A stretch of 63,763 nucleotides of DNA, filler included, from Octopus bimaculoides (GCF_001194135.2; 9 parts of 8 records of this genome joined end to end with filler, not necessarily neighbours in it); one strand, 5' to 3'; shown: positions 25,315 through 39,616, numbered from the whole stretch's first letter. The notes: generated by a model from the letters alone, not told the origin. Translations and numbers: made by a program.

Positions 25315-25580
25315 TATAGATAGATAAATACTTAAATAGATAGATAGATAGATAGATAGATAAGTTGGTAGGTAGTTAAGTAGATAGATATACAGATAGA
25401 TAAATAAATAGGTAGGTAGCTAGCTAAGTATCTAAGTAAATAGACAGCTAGACAGACAGAAAACAAGACAGACAACAAGACAGACAAACAGAAAGATAGA
25501 TAGGTAGATAAAGGCATATATGTAGGTAGGTAGGTAGGTAGGTAGGTAGGTAGGCAGGCAAATAGATAGATAGATAGATA
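25315..25580. repeat. compound (AGAT)/(AGAC)/(AGGT)n tetranucleotide microsatellite
   Basis: Directly visible. Confidence 0.9.
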
Positions 25581-25864
25581 ATTATTCGAGCATCATCGAA
25601 TCTTAATATCGTTTAGCCAAATAGGAATTGTTTTGATTCAGCTCTGAATTATATTAAGCCATTCTCTGTTACAACGCAACCTCAAATCTAAGCTCAAGCA
25701 GGGTAAAATACAATTGGAGTATAGGCTGTGTATGCATGATGCGTTTAATGTAGTGTATATATATNNNNNNNNNNNNNNNNNNNNNNNNNNNNNNNNNNNN
25801 NNNNNNNNTTAATTAATTAANNNNNNNNNNNNNNNNNNNNNNNNNNNNNNNNNNNNNNNNNNNN

Positions 25865-25899
<35 letters not shown>

Positions 25900-26363
25900 C
25901 ATACATATATATAGGGAGGGGTTATTTACATGTATATACATCATGATGATGATAATGATAACACGTTGAATATAATATGTGTACAGATTATACTATGGAA
26001 CACTGTAGGGAATAAAATGTATGACTTAAAGGTTTGGTCACTGTTTAGTTACATATTAAGGAGTTGGTTATTGATTTACTTCTTGAATTTATTTACCGAT
26101 ATAGTTGTACATAGGGTAAATGTGTTTCAAAGTTGTGGTTTCTTTGGTTTGTTTGTTCCCAAACAACACTTATTTTAGTGCCGTTGACACTGCCGGATCG
26201 AATGGTACTGCCCAGATGTCGAAACCATAATGATATCTGTGGGGCAGCTGATGATGGGGGTATGCTGGATTGTTAGTATGGATGTTTTTGTATATGTGGA
26301 ATAGTATTATAACACATCCTTTTCATACATTTACACACTCACATACACAAACTCACACACATG

Positions 26364-26411
<48 letters not shown>

Positions 26412-26624
26412 ATCAACCTCGTTTTTATTCATCCTCCACTCACCCACCAAATACTTGTAACTTTTAACCCCTTCCCTACACCACCCTGCCATTCATCCCT
26501 CCATTACTTTCCTGTCTGCTATTTGTATTAAAATCAGAATCTCCTATAGAATCACCGTTTCTGTAACACCAGTCATCCATTGCTTTCCTTTGAGATATTC
26601 TTCATTTATATCCATCAGTGAAAG

Positions 26625-26860
26625 CGTGTGACTTGGTGATTACAGTATTCAGCTCACAATCACAAGGTCGTGAGTTTGATTCCTGTCCTAGTGCAAGACA
26701 TCTTATTTCTCATTCTCAATTCAGCCTTTTGAAAGGACATCTAGTCATAAAAACTATGGCAAAACAGATAACTGGACCCTGGTGCAGCTCTCCAGCTTGC
26801 CAGCCCCTATCAATCCGTCCGATCCATGCCAGCATCATCACCATGACGATGATGATGTTC
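26625..26860 (+). mobile_element. old tRNA-derived SINE with family-D-like tail
   Basis: Head GCGTGTGACTTGGTGATTACAGTATTCAGCTCACAATCACAAGGTCGTGAGTTTGATTCC; tail CCGTCCGATCCATGCCAGCAT..(GAT)n resembles 53710-53770 reversed. Confidence 0.6.
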
Positions 26861-26926
26861 TAGTCTACTTAACAGTAGTTGTACCTGTAATTCAATGGGT
26901 CAGCTATGTCACATTCTCCCAAATGT

Positions 26927-27110
26927 GACTGTTCCCTGAAGGATTGTTTTGGCCATCCCTGATGAGTAGGTGACATGCCCAAACCACCTGACCTTGCATT
27001 TATTTACCATGGTAAGAGAGTTCCTCATGGGGCCCTATTGCCTGCCTTATTCTTCTTTTCATTACCTCATTTGTGACTTGATCCCTGTATGATATTCCCA
27101 AAAGTCCCCT
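26927..27110 (-). pseudogene. RTE-clade LINE ORF C-terminal fragment
   Basis: LLGISYRDQVTNEVMKRRIRQAIGPHEEL, then after a frameshift LTMVNKCKVRWFGHVTYSSGMAKTILQGTV; matches the RTE post-RT motif RKLxWxGHVxR...KxILQGTV. Confidence 0.8.
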
Positions 27111-27575
27111 GACACCTGTATTTAGCGTTGCAATTTCCAGACAGGAACTGAACCCTCGATGCTTTGTGTAATAGCCCCAGCCTCCTATCAAGTGTTTCAG
27201 ATGTAATTCCCCCACCACCACCAACAACTAACAAACACTCACGTAATGAAACATGAAACAGAAGACAAACATTACCAAATTTTATGGCGTGTTGTTGTTG
27301 TTGTTGTTTCTTTTCCTTTTAATCAACTCCATCTCCTCGAAAACAAAGAATTGGAAAAGAGAAAAAAGAAGGAAGGCAAGAAGGAAGAGATAACGAAAGA
27401 GAAGAGAAAGAAGAGTGAAGCCCCCCCCCCCCCNNNNNNNNNNGTATGTGTGTGTGTGTGCATGTATGTGTGTGCACACACATATATTACAAACACATAC
27501 ACACACATATATAAGTATATACATACATATATATACAAACACATACACATATACAACCATACACACAATATACAT

Positions 27576-27610
<35 letters not shown>

Positions 27611-28643
27611 AACACACATACATATATACAAGCACACAAACACAAACACACACACACATATATTCATACATATATACAAACACACACACATATGCATACA
27701 AACACACATACACTTATACAAGCACACATACACAGACACATATACATATATATATACAAACACACATACACATATACAAACACACACACACAAACACACA
27801 CACACACACACACACAAACACACATACAAACTCCAATACTGATATGTATCGGTGCAACTAAAGAGATCTGAAAGAAACACAGCATATGAGGCATTCAGCT
27901 CACCGCCAGCCACACAACCGACCAACCAGTCAGCCAGAGTGCATAACTTGCACCCATCCAACCCCGAACCCTCCATATCACACCTCTCTACAGTTGCAAA
28001 CTAATAGAAAGCTGTTTCAAATACCGCAGCTGTCATCTGATCGACTTGCCCACCTGCAGATAACCACAACATCAATGACAACAGCAACAACAACAACAAA
28101 CACACACAAACACAAGCAAGGAATAGAATGAAGGAGGTTTGATATTACGGTGGGTTTTTTTTTGGGGTTTTTTTTGCTGGAATTAAGGAATAAAAAAAAA
28201 ACACTAAAAGGAAGAAAAAAAAAACGCAGTGAAAGCGTCCACGGCAGAACTTCAAAAGCCAAAGAAGCAACATGTTTCTCTGAGCTACAAAGACCACCAA
28301 AAGAAAAGAAAAAAAATGAAATGAAATGAAATGCAATGAGGGAACCCCAAAAAAACTGAAAACCTCAAGGAACTAAAAATCAGAAGATAGAGGCCATTAG
28401 AGTAATTAGTCTTTTAAGCAGATGCAAATGGATTAATATACATGGCATTGGCAGTAGTAATAGGAGTAGTAGTAGTAGTAGTAGTAGTTGAAGTAGTGCC
28501 TATGGTTCTTTCTGTCACCACATGTCGAATGACAAACACTGGAGGTGTGAGCTGTGATGTCACTGCACATACATAGACACAACTACATCCTGCACCTTCT
28601 CTCTAAACACATACATGTGTGTGTGTGTGTGTGTGTAAATCTA

Positions 28644-28682
<39 letters not shown>

Positions 28683-28755
28683 GTGTGTGTGTATGTGTGT
28701 TTATATACACATGTCTGTGTATGTGTGTGCACATTTGTGTACATCTATCTATCTA

Positions 28756-28800
<45 letters not shown>

Positions 28801-28891
28801 ATATACATGTGTGTGTGCATATGTATATATGTGTGTGTGCATGTGAGTGTATGTATCTGTGTGTATGTGCATGTATATGTATGTGTGTGTT

Positions 28892-28940
<49 letters not shown>

Positions 28941-29229
28941 ATGTGTATGTATATATAGATGTGTGCATCTGTGTGTGTATATGTATGGGTATATATATAT
29001 ATATATATATATCTGTGTGTCTGTGTCTGCACGCGCACATACATACTCAAGTCCACAGTAAACAAATACTGGAGTCATAATGCCATTCTCATAGCAGGAA
29101 ATATAAAAGAACCTAGTTTCAATATTACTTTTACCACCAGGTGTCACTAGGCTATATTTAATTAATTTCCAGCTAGATATTTTTTTTTTGTTTTTCTATT
29201 ATGTATGTGTGTGTGTATGTTTACGGATA

Positions 29230-29400
29230 GGCGAAGGAGTGGCTGTGTGGTGAGTAGCTTGCTTACCAACCACATGGTCCCGGGTTCAGTCCCAATGCCT
29301 GGCATCTTGGGCAAGTGTCTTCTACTATAGCCTCGGGCTGACCAATGCCTTGTGAGTGGATTTGGTAGACGGAAACTGAAAGAAGCCCGTCGTATATATG

Positions 29401-29431
<31 letters not shown>

Positions 29432-29646
29432 ATGTGTTTGTATGTCTGTGTTTGTCCCCCCAACATCGCTTGACAACCGATGCTGGTGTGTATATGTTCC
29501 CGTAACTTAGCGGTTTGGCAAAAGAGACCGATAGAATAAATACTAGGCTTCTAAAGAATAAGACCTGGGGTCGATTTGCTCGACTAAAGGCAGTGCTCCA
29601 GCATGGCCACAGTCAAAAGACTGAAACAAGTAAAAGAGTAAAAGAG
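29230..29646 (+). mobile_element. family-B tRNA-derived SINE, full length, CORE-like CTTGGGCAAGTGTCTT, internal (AT)/(GT) microsatellite
   Basis: A box TGGCTGTGTGG, B box GGTTCAGTCCC, tail ending AAGTAAAAGAGTAAAAGAG; two further copies in the window. Confidence 0.9.
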
Positions 29647-29762
29647 TATATGTGCAGATATACATATTTATATGTATATGTGTGTATAAATGTATATGTA
29701 CATGAACATATAAAGACGCACACCCGGATATCATAAATACTGAACTGTAATGAGAATGAAAA

Positions 29763-29960
29763 CGGTGGTTTCAAATTTTGGTACAAGGCCAGCAATTTCG
29801 GGGGAGGCGTATAAGTTGATTACATCGACCCCCCCAGTGTTCAACTGGTACTTTTTTTTTTTATTAACCCCTAAACGGGATGAAAGGCAAAGTCAACCTC
29901 GTCAGAATTTGAACTCAGAAATGTAAAGGCAGATGGAATGCCACTAAGCCTTTTACCCAG
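29763..29960 (-). mobile_element. family-A SINE
   Basis: GGTTTCAAATTTTGGTACAAGGCCAGC...GATGAAAGGCAAAGTCAACCTCG...TTTGAACTCAGAA. Confidence 0.8.
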
Positions 29961-30132
29961 ATTGGTGGTGGTGGTGGTGGTGGCAGTGGCGGAGGAGCAG
30001 GAGGTGGAGGAGGAGCAGGAAGAGGTAACATGTGCCTGGTGTACCTTTGTTAGACAGATAGTCATGAGGGGTATACTGGGCTTCATATATTTGTACCCCA
30101 GTGTCACTTTAATGATATGCATTGTTCTCTCA

Positions 30133-30134
<2 letters not shown>

Positions 30135-30204
<70 letters not shown>

Positions 30205-30500
30205 TGCCCTGATACAGAACTGGGCAGTGGCTCTCATGGCTTCTGATCTTAACTGATTGGAAGTGTTATCATGTACATTGTTTTGTTTTGGTATAAAAGA
30301 TGGGCTACAGCAAATATTCTGCTGAATACCACAGATTTGCTTGTCAGTTACTTGACCTTAACCAGTTGAGCATGTCCCTTGGTGGCTGACGATATGTGCA
30401 TCTCTGATCATGAGCAGAAGTAGTGGGGGAGCATCATAGTGTTGAGAGGAATTCTTTGGGGTTTGAATAATTCACCTCTGGAAACTTGGGTGTTTTGTTT
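30135..30500 (-). mobile_element. probable SINE-like repeat abutting a long (TAA)n tract
   Basis: A long (AAT)n array at 30135-30204 joins a GC-richer block, as expected for a retroposon tail. The family is not otherwise represented here, so the call is inference. Confidence 0.4.
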
Positions 30501-31176
30501 TATCCTAACACCAACCATTCCAAGAGTATAATGGGTGCCTTTTACGTGTCACTGGCACAGGTGCCATTTACATGACACTGGCAATGGCCACAACTATGAT
30601 TTCTCTTGGCTTAACAAGTCATTTATCATCATCACCATCATCATTTGGCATCCATTGTCCATGCTGGCATGGGTTGGACAGTTTGACCAGCTGAGGGGCT
30701 GCGCCAGATTCCAAAATCATTTGACATGGTTTCTACAGCAAAACATATATTTTATATACAACAATTGAAAATATAATAATAACAGGGGAGATAACGATTT
30801 TAACAAATTTTAAAACAAAAAGAAAGCTTTTAANNNNNNNNNNNNNNNNNNNNNNNNNNNNNNNNNNNNNNNNNNNNNNNNNNNNNNNNNNNNNNNNNNN
30901 NNNNNNNNNNNNNNNNNNNNNNNNNNNNNNNNNNNNNNNNNNNNNNNNNNNNNNNNNNNNNNNNNNNNNNNNNNNNNNNNNNNNNNNNNNNNNNNNNNNN
31001 NNNNNNNNNNNNNNNNNNNNNNNNNNNNNNNNNNNNNNNNNNNNNNNNNNNNNNNNNNNNNNNNNNNNNNNNNNNNNNNNNNNNNNNNNNNNNNNNNNNN
31101 NNNNNNNNNNNNNNNNNNNNNNNNNNNNNNNNNNNNNNNNNNNNNNNNNNNNNNNNNNNNNNNNNNNNNNNNNNNN

Positions 31177-31217
<41 letters not shown>

Positions 31218-31557
31218 TTATTCATTCCACATACGTATGCATATAGACGCATTTTAATAAAATGATATATATGTACAAGCATGAGCATGTGTGAATATCT
31301 GTGTGCGTGTGTATGTATGTATGTTTGTATATATGTGTATGGGTATATATATTATGTATATACATATGTGTATGTATGTGTACATATATATATATGTATA
31401 TACATATATATGTATGCGTGTATATATATATGTATATATATATGTATATATATATATACGTGTGTATATATATATGTGTGTATATATATATGTGTGTGTG
31501 TGTGTATTTATGTACATACATATACACTTATACATGCAAATGTACATTACTTAAAAG

Positions 31558-31588
<31 letters not shown>

Positions 31589-31592
<4 letters not shown>

Positions 31593-32000
31593 TATATATT
31601 CATATATGTTCATACACACACCCACCCACACACCCACACACCCACACACACATACATGCATACATATACAATGCAGACACATAGGCACAATCAAAAATGC
31701 ACATTCTCACACATAGACACGCGCACACAAAGTTTATTATAACAATATTAATAATTTTTCCACAAGAAGCAGCAAAACAGAGGGAAAAAATTTTCACTTT
31801 GGAATATTAATGGGTGGAAAAGAAAAGCAAAGAAACCAAAGTAAATAAGAGACAGACAGACGGACAGAAAGAGAGGGGCTGAGAGTGAAAGAGAGAGAGA
31901 GAGAGATGGTGAGAGGGAAGTGAATAGAGAANNNNNNNNNNNNNNNNNNNNACACACACACACACACTCATATATATTCATATATGTTCATACACACACC

Positions 32001-32035
<35 letters not shown>

Positions 32036-32309
32036 GCATACATATACAATGCAGACACATAGGCACAATCAAAAATGCACATTCTCACACATAGACACGC
32101 GCACACAAAGTTTATTATAACAATATTAATAATTTTTCCACAAGAAGCAGCAAAACAGAGGGAAAAAATTTTCACTTTGGAATATTAATGGGTGGAAAAG
32201 AAAAGCAAAGAAACCAAAGTAAATAAGAGACAGACAGACGGACAGAAAGAGAGGGGGTGAGAGTGAAAGAGAGAGAGAGAGAGATGGTGAGAGGGAAGTG
32301 AATAGAGAA
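31589..32309. repeat. near-identical tandem duplication of about 340 bp flanking a 20-N gap
   Basis: 31589-31931 matches 31966-32309 except for CA-run variants and one substitution (GGGGCTGAG vs GGGGGTGAG). Confidence 0.9.
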
Positions 32310-32839
32310 GACAGCCCATATGAGGTTAAGAGAGAGTGGGAGGAGAAGAAAGAGAGGTGTAGGAGGAGGGAGAGCTAGAGAGAGAGCAATAGTGAAAGGA
32401 GAGAAAGAGAAAGAGAGAAAGAGAAAGAAAGAAAGAGAAAGAGAGAAAGAGAAAGAGAGAGAGAGAAAGAGATGAAGGAATGGAAGAAAAGTAAAGAAGA
32501 AATGGTAAACAGCAAACTTTGCCAAGAGNNNNNNNNNNNNNNNNNNNNNNNNNNNNNNNNNNNNNNNNNNNNNNNNNNNNNNNNNNNNNNNNNNNNNNNN
32601 NNNNNNNNNNNNNNNNNNNNNNNNNNNNNNNNNNNNNNNNNNNNNNNNNNNNNNNNNNNNNNNNNNNNNNNNNNNNNNNNNNNNNNNNNNNNNNNNNNNN
32701 NNNNNNNNNNNNNNNNNNNNNNNNNNNNNNNNNNNCTCTCCTGTTTAATTCCTCAAGAATATTTCATTTTTATGTATTTATTTAATATTTTTTTTCTTGC
32801 CATATTTAAAAGAAAGTAAACAAAATTTACCTCCACACC

Positions 32840-32887
<48 letters not shown>

Positions 32888-34173
32888 CATACCTTGTTTT
32901 GTTTTTAATATGCAATACATTGTTACAACACACACTGACATGCACACACATATACACACACAGATCCTATGTACATAAATTGAACGTGTGTGCACACACT
33001 TGTATTGACAAGATTTCCTGTGTGCATGTGTGAATGTGCAAATGTAAAAATTCATATAAATAGTTACAATATATTATAATATATAATTTACATAATGCTT
33101 CATAAATTAATACTCCAAGTAACTACTTTACAACACCAGAAGAGATAAAAACTCAAGGAAGGAGGGGAAAAAAGAGTCTTTCATTAGGATTTTAGTAAGA
33201 GCAAAATTCATTCATAGCTAAATTATGGATAATGTTCAGAAAAAAATTAAATATACAAAGATTACGAACCCACTGTGTCATGTGAACATATTTTATTAAA
33301 TAGTTTTATGAGTGTTATGAGGGCTTTTCTAAATTTAATTCATGACCCTTCATATTGCGCATAACTAAAAACCTATCATCTCTATAGATGCCTCCTAAAA
33401 AGGAGAAAATTTTTTTATGTAAAATGTCCAGAAAGAGATTTCTATAATTTCAAACAATTTTATCTCATATATATATTATTATCATCTTCATTTAGTGTCT
33501 GTATTCCATGTTGGTGTTTGGAGCATAAATCAACATACAATTTTCATGAAATGTTTCCAACATAGATCACTTTGAAATAAGAAGTTTACAGCCACAGAAA
33601 GGGGAATGATTTCAGCTTGGTTGGTAACAAAAGATAGTTAAACCATACGACAGACAAACTTTCTAAACCAAGAACAGTTACAGTCCTTCTGAGGGCCTTC
33701 TGTACAGTTTCCACTGCAACCCATTTCAGACAAAGACTTTAGCTGATTTATGGCTGCAGCTGAAGAGAAACTTGATCAAAGTGTTGCACTGCAGTCATGA
33801 ACCTTTGAGTTTTCATCTGCCAAATCCACTACCAAAGCTTTGGGTAGCACAAGGGTTATAGTAGAAAATACTAGCCCAATGTCTCACACAATAGGACTGA
33901 ATCCAAAACCATATGGCTGGGAAGCAGGCATCTAACTACAGCCACATCTGTGCCAATATGACCAAACTCACTTTCTCACTTTGTCATCATCCCATCGCCA
34001 TCTCAAAACAATCTTTCACCCAGCAACCATCATCTATCTTGATCACTGGTCCACACGAACATGTATAAATATTACGCACCACACACACACACACACCACA
34101 CACACACATACATACATATTCACATCAGCATGCATAAATATTACATGTTCACATATATATGCATAAGTATGTG

Positions 34174-34206
<33 letters not shown>

Positions 34207-34257
34207 ATGTATTTATACATATACATATATTCAAATGTATATATGTATACATATATA

Positions 34258-34305
<48 letters not shown>

Positions 34306-34545
34306 GATGTAAAAATGTACATATCAATATATATATATGTGTGTATGTCTATATATATATACATATATATATGCACATTAGCATGCATAAGTATCACAGC
34401 AGCATGGATCATTTTTGACGTCATTAAGAATGAAACGAGTCAAGATTCCAGCAAACGCGTGTGATTGATCACAATTACATTGCTGATCTAGCAAAATCAT
34501 AACAACAACAAAAACAATAATAATAATAATAATAATAATAATAAT

Positions 34546-34760
34546 CCCATCTACTAAAGGCACAGGGCCTGAAATTTAGGGGGAGGGGGACTAATCGATT
34601 ACATCGACTCCATTGTTTTACTGGTACTTATTTCATCGACCCCGAGAGGATGAAAGGTAAAGTCAACCTCGATGGAATTTGAACTCAGAACGTAAAGACA
34701 GATGAAATACTACAAAGCATTTCACCCGGCGTGCTAACGATTCTGCCAGCACACCACCTT
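34546..34760 (-). mobile_element. family-A SINE, full length
   Basis: Reverse complement of the 63396 head and body: CATCGACCCCGAGAGGATGAAAGGTAAAGTCAACCTCG...GTGCTAACGATTCTGCCAGC. Confidence 0.9.
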
Positions 34761-35880
34761 AACAATAATAATAATAATAATAATAATAACAACAACAATT
34801 ATTATTTATTTCTTTATTGCCCACAGGGGACTAAACATAGAGGGATCATGTCAATTATATTGGCCCCTGTGCAACTAAATAATAAAAAGTAAAAGACACG
34901 GTTCTAACATTCGGAACGAATTTCATAACACAACTGTCGTAAGTCAAATAAACCAATGACAAATTCATGTTAAGTGAACGCATATACCTGGGACTGCTTT
35001 TTGATCATATTTCAACATTTAAATACACACACACACACATACACACAAACACACACGTGTATTTATATGATATACACATATACAAATAAATGAATAAATG
35101 GATAACCAAATGAAATGATATGCAGAATATACAGACCTAAGAAAATCAATAATAATAATAGATTATAATAAATTGGAAAACGCATAAATAGATCTAATCA
35201 CATGAGTGGTATATCAGGAAATGTATCTTTTAAACATGTGCAAATGCTCATGTGGCATGTGCACATGTATATTTGTACATGGAATGTTCTATAGACCCAA
35301 AAACATTCATGCATCCACATATTCATTTATATCTATGTGTGTATATGTGTGCATGTGTGTATAGGTATATGTGTGTGTGCATGTGTGTATATGTGTATGT
35401 GTGTGTGCATATGTATATATGTATACATATATACATGTGTACATATATGTATATAAATGTATATATATGTATATATATATAAATGTAAATATGTGTGTAT
35501 ATATATATGTGTGTGTGTGTGTGAGTATATGAGAGTGTGTGTGTGTGTGTGTATATATATTGTGTGTGTATGTGTGTGTATGTATGTATATATATAGAGA
35601 GAGAGGCAGACAGACAGATATATGTGTGTGTGCATACATATACAGACAAATGCACACAGATATGTACAAACATACATGCACAAACTTAAATGTATATATC
35701 TACATGCACACATATTACACACATATATATAAAGAACCATGCATCCATGCATACTAGTCCATGTTTATACACATACACATATGCATACATGGTTATATAT
35801 AGAGAGATACCTACATACATATACAATCCAATCTATATATATTCCGGCATAATCTATGTGTTNNNNNNNNNNNNNNNNNT

Positions 35881-36265
35881 TCAGTCTTTTTGACTGTGGC
35901 CATGCTGGAGCACCGCCTTTAGTCGAGCAAATCGACCCCAGGACTTATTCTTTAGAAGCCTAGTACTTATTCTATCGATCTCTTTTGCCGAACCGCTAAG
36001 TTACAGGGACATAAACACACCAGCATCGGTTGTCAACCGATGTTGGGGGGACAAACACACACATACAAACATATACACACACATACATATATATATATAC
36101 ATATATACGACGGGCTTCTTTCAGTTTCCGTCTACCAAATCCACTCACAAGGCTTTGGTCGGCCAGAGGCTATAGTAGAAAACACTTGCCCAAGATGCCA
36201 TGCAGTGGGACTGAACCCGGGACCATGTGGTTGGTAAGCTAGCTACTTACCACACAGCCACTCCT
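35881..36265 (-). mobile_element. family-B SINE, near full length
   Basis: Reverse complement of 29230-29630, including the internal microsatellite; the ORFs at 36030-36242 and 29162-29476 are near copies for this reason. Confidence 0.9.
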
Positions 36266-36439
36266 ACGTACATTTTACATATATAAAATTTCCCATATGG
36301 GCATACACATATATACTAATATCTATATCTGATTTCATAGGGTTAATCTACTTAGTAGATCGGTTACTATCAAAATCCAGAGTGTGACTTTTAAGTGTAA
36401 AATGAGGAGTTACAGAAGTAAATGGTGCTATTTGATCCT

Positions 36440-37601
36440 GGTTATTTAGTTCAGAAAAATCTTGCATCCTGAATTGTGAAAAACTATCTACAAAATAGAA
36501 GTACAGTCATGGGAACCAAGTCCACTCCAGTATATGCAAATTCAGTAATGGATTCATTGGAACAAAAACTACACCAAAAAACAGAAGTAATAACATTGAT
36601 TTTGGAAGATATATAGAAGACTAATAGTAGATTTCTTGACAGTTTTCTAATATGAACAAAATTTGTAGCAAATAAAAAATCAGTGAAAAGAGCCTGAAAT
36701 TTACAACATCACAATGGATATATATTAGGAAGAAACAAACAAACGTCTTTAAATCATGTGCCAGAACTTTAAATCATGTTAGCCAGGACATACAAGATGT
36801 AACATAGCCAGGAAGACTTTTACCAATGTTTGTGCTGTAAATATAAAAAAAAAGGTCGACTCACATAATTCAAAGGATTTCTACGCAAATCTACTCATCA
36901 CCATTTCCACATATACAAAGTATTACAGAGCATACAAAACAAGCACATATAGAACAACTTCAAGTAACCTAAGAAGGAGGAACAAAAGACCAGAATACAG
37001 TATGTTACACATAGTGACATATAATCCGAGTGATAAGAATATTTTTAATATCGCTAATTCGAATTTGCTGATTACCATACAAAGAAATACATTAAAATAT
37101 TTAATTGCTGATAGAACACTTGTTCAAAAGCAAACATCACCAAAATAGAACTTGAAACAATTATTGACAAATGCAAAGTTAGATCTAAGCAACAATGATA
37201 AAAACTTCACATTATCTAAGTGTGATGACAGTCGCCGTGATAACCATCAGTTTATACATGCTTGTCATTAAATTAATGTGAAAACCAGAAGAAAAATAGC
37301 TACAAATGTAAATATTAACAGTAAAAGCAGAAATCTGATTTACTCCATCAAATGCCCAAATTGTGAAGACATGTATACTAGCCAGACTGGAAATTTACTA
37401 TCATATCAAATACGCAAGTACACCAGTAACAAATTAAGAACCTTGATGTCAGAGAGATCACACTAAGTGATCATTTGGAAACATGGTACAATCAAAATGT
37501 TTTAATATGTCTATTTCACAAACTTTACGTCTCGATGAAGAAGGATAAAATAAATGAATCTTATTGAGAAGTTCAAATCCATTCTGAATGGACAACAATA
37601 A
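36440..37601 (+). pseudogene. Penelope-like element remnant: RT domain through GIY-YIG endonuclease
   Basis: NYLQNRSTVMGTKSTPVYANSVMDSLEQKLH (compare PLE RT QxxGTAMGTxxAPxYANLxM), PGHTRCNIARK, VTYNPSDKNIFNI, NLKQLLTNAKL, NLIYSIKCPNCEDMYTSQTG (GIY-YIG), IEKFKSILN; many stops and frameshifts. Confidence 0.8.
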
Positions 37602-37724
37602 TAATAATTTGAATTTAATTTCATTTAAAATAAAATTCACTTCAAAATGTCTTATATTAGTGAAAGTATTTTTATGAGTTATATCGGCAAATCTACTGAG
37701 TTATAGTTACCATTCTTTTGTAAA

Positions 37725-37770
37725 TATTCATCTGGAGATGGTTTAAACTATGAAACTCCTTGTCAGAATA
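37725..37770 (+). ncRNA. decayed type-I hammerhead-like motif downstream of the Penelope ORF
   Basis: TATTC(A)T-CTGGAGA-TGGTTTAAACTAT-GAAAC-TCCTT-GTC-AGAATA: 6-bp stem I with one bulge, GUC triplet, A6G in the core. Confidence 0.5.
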
Positions 37771-38085
37771 CGAAGCTATAAAACAGGGAAATATAGATGT
37801 GGTGAACCACAATTATAATGTGTGTTTGTGTGAGCATGCACATACACACACATATATGAATGTATAATTACACATTGATCAGTGTGGATGCGTAGAGAGC
37901 TACATAGATAGGCAAACAGATGTACATATTATATATGTATATTGTTATTTATAAATGTACATATTGTGTGAATATTATATACATATATAAATATGTGTGT
38001 GTGTATATATGTATGTGTGTATATCTATATGTATACGTGTGTGTTTGTGTGTGTGTGTGGAGAGAGGAAGTATATTCTCATGCTG

Positions 38086-38139
<54 letters not shown>

Positions 38140-39226
38140 ATTTATACACACCACACATATGCATATGTGCATGTGTGCGTGCGTGTGCGTGTGTGCGTGC
38201 AATACAATGATTGATTGATAAAGTATGAAACTTATTTTGCAAGTGGTAGATATGTGTGATAAATAGTTCGCCAAAGATAAAAGACTTAAGAAGAAATGGG
38301 GGAAAATAAGATAACAAAATTTCTATAATAAAAAAAAACAAAAAAAAAAAGCATGATGAATAAGTGAAAGGAAGAAGAAGAAGAAGAAGAAAAGACCCCA
38401 CAATTTTTGAAAAGAGGGTAAGAAATAGAAAAATGACAAAAATAAAACGAAATGAAAAAATAAAATGAAAAAATAAAAAGAAAAATTCAATGAATGTGTC
38501 AAGGAATTGCTTAATAAATATGTATGTGCATGCGCACATATGTGTGTGTGTGTGTGTGTATACGTGTGTACACATATATGTACATATATATGTACATATA
38601 TATGCATGTATATATGTATATGCACACACATACATATACCTATGTATTTATATATCTGCATATATATATATTTATATATATAAGTAACAATATGTGAGTG
38701 TGTGTATACACACACACACACACATACATATATATACACACATATACATATACACGTGTGTGTGTGTGTGTGTGTGTTGCATGTGTGTTCACCAATTTGC
38801 CCCATTCATGTAAATTTTACTTCAATTCACAGTTATTTATGTAATTCGCTGCTTAGACAGTGAATACAAATCAGGGGGAGATAAATAGATAAATAAATAT
38901 ATCAAGGCAATCTTCTCACCACCACCCACCATCGCCACCACCACCACCACCACCAACACCAAAAACAGAAAAAGAAATTATAATTTCAACCTCCAAGAAA
39001 AAAAAAAAATCAGATACAGAGAAAGTGNNNNNNNNNNNNNNNNNNNNNNNNNNNNNNNNNNNNNNNNNNNNTTAATTAATTAANNNNNNNNNNNNNNNNN
39101 NNNNNNNNNNNNNNNNNNNNNNNNNNNTATGTGTGAAAATGGGGAGGGGAGAATGGAGTTGGTCAGTTGTAGTGTATGCGTGGTGTGATGTGAGGGTGTT
39201 GGTGTGATGTGATGTGAGGGTGTTGG

Positions 39227-39267
<41 letters not shown>

Positions 39268-39300
39268 CACACGCACACACACAACACATACATTCTACAG

Positions 39301-39616
39301 GCACTTTAGATTACGACGACTAGAGTTCCGGATGATTCGATCAACAGAACAGCTTGTTCGTTAAATTAACATGCAAGTGGCTGACCACTCCACAGACACG
39401 CGTACTCTTAACGTAGTTCTCAGGGAGATGCAGAGTGACACAGGTTATGACAAGGCTGACCCTTTCAATTTACACGTGCTATTCATATTTGCTAGCTGAG
39501 TAGACTAAAGTAATGTGAAATGAAGTGTCTTGCTCGAGGACACAACGCGCCGCTGCTTTTCGAACTAACGAACGTAAGAACCTGTGCCGAAGCCCTAACC
39601 ACTAACACACGCGCCT
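39301..39616 (-). mobile_element. tRNA-derived SINE with CORE-like body and family-C tail
   Basis: Minus strand: head AGGCGCGTGTGTTAGTGGTTAGGG, body CTCGAGCAAGACACTTCATTTCAC..CTACTCAGCTAGCAAA, then the same tail as 2417-2590. Confidence 0.8.
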
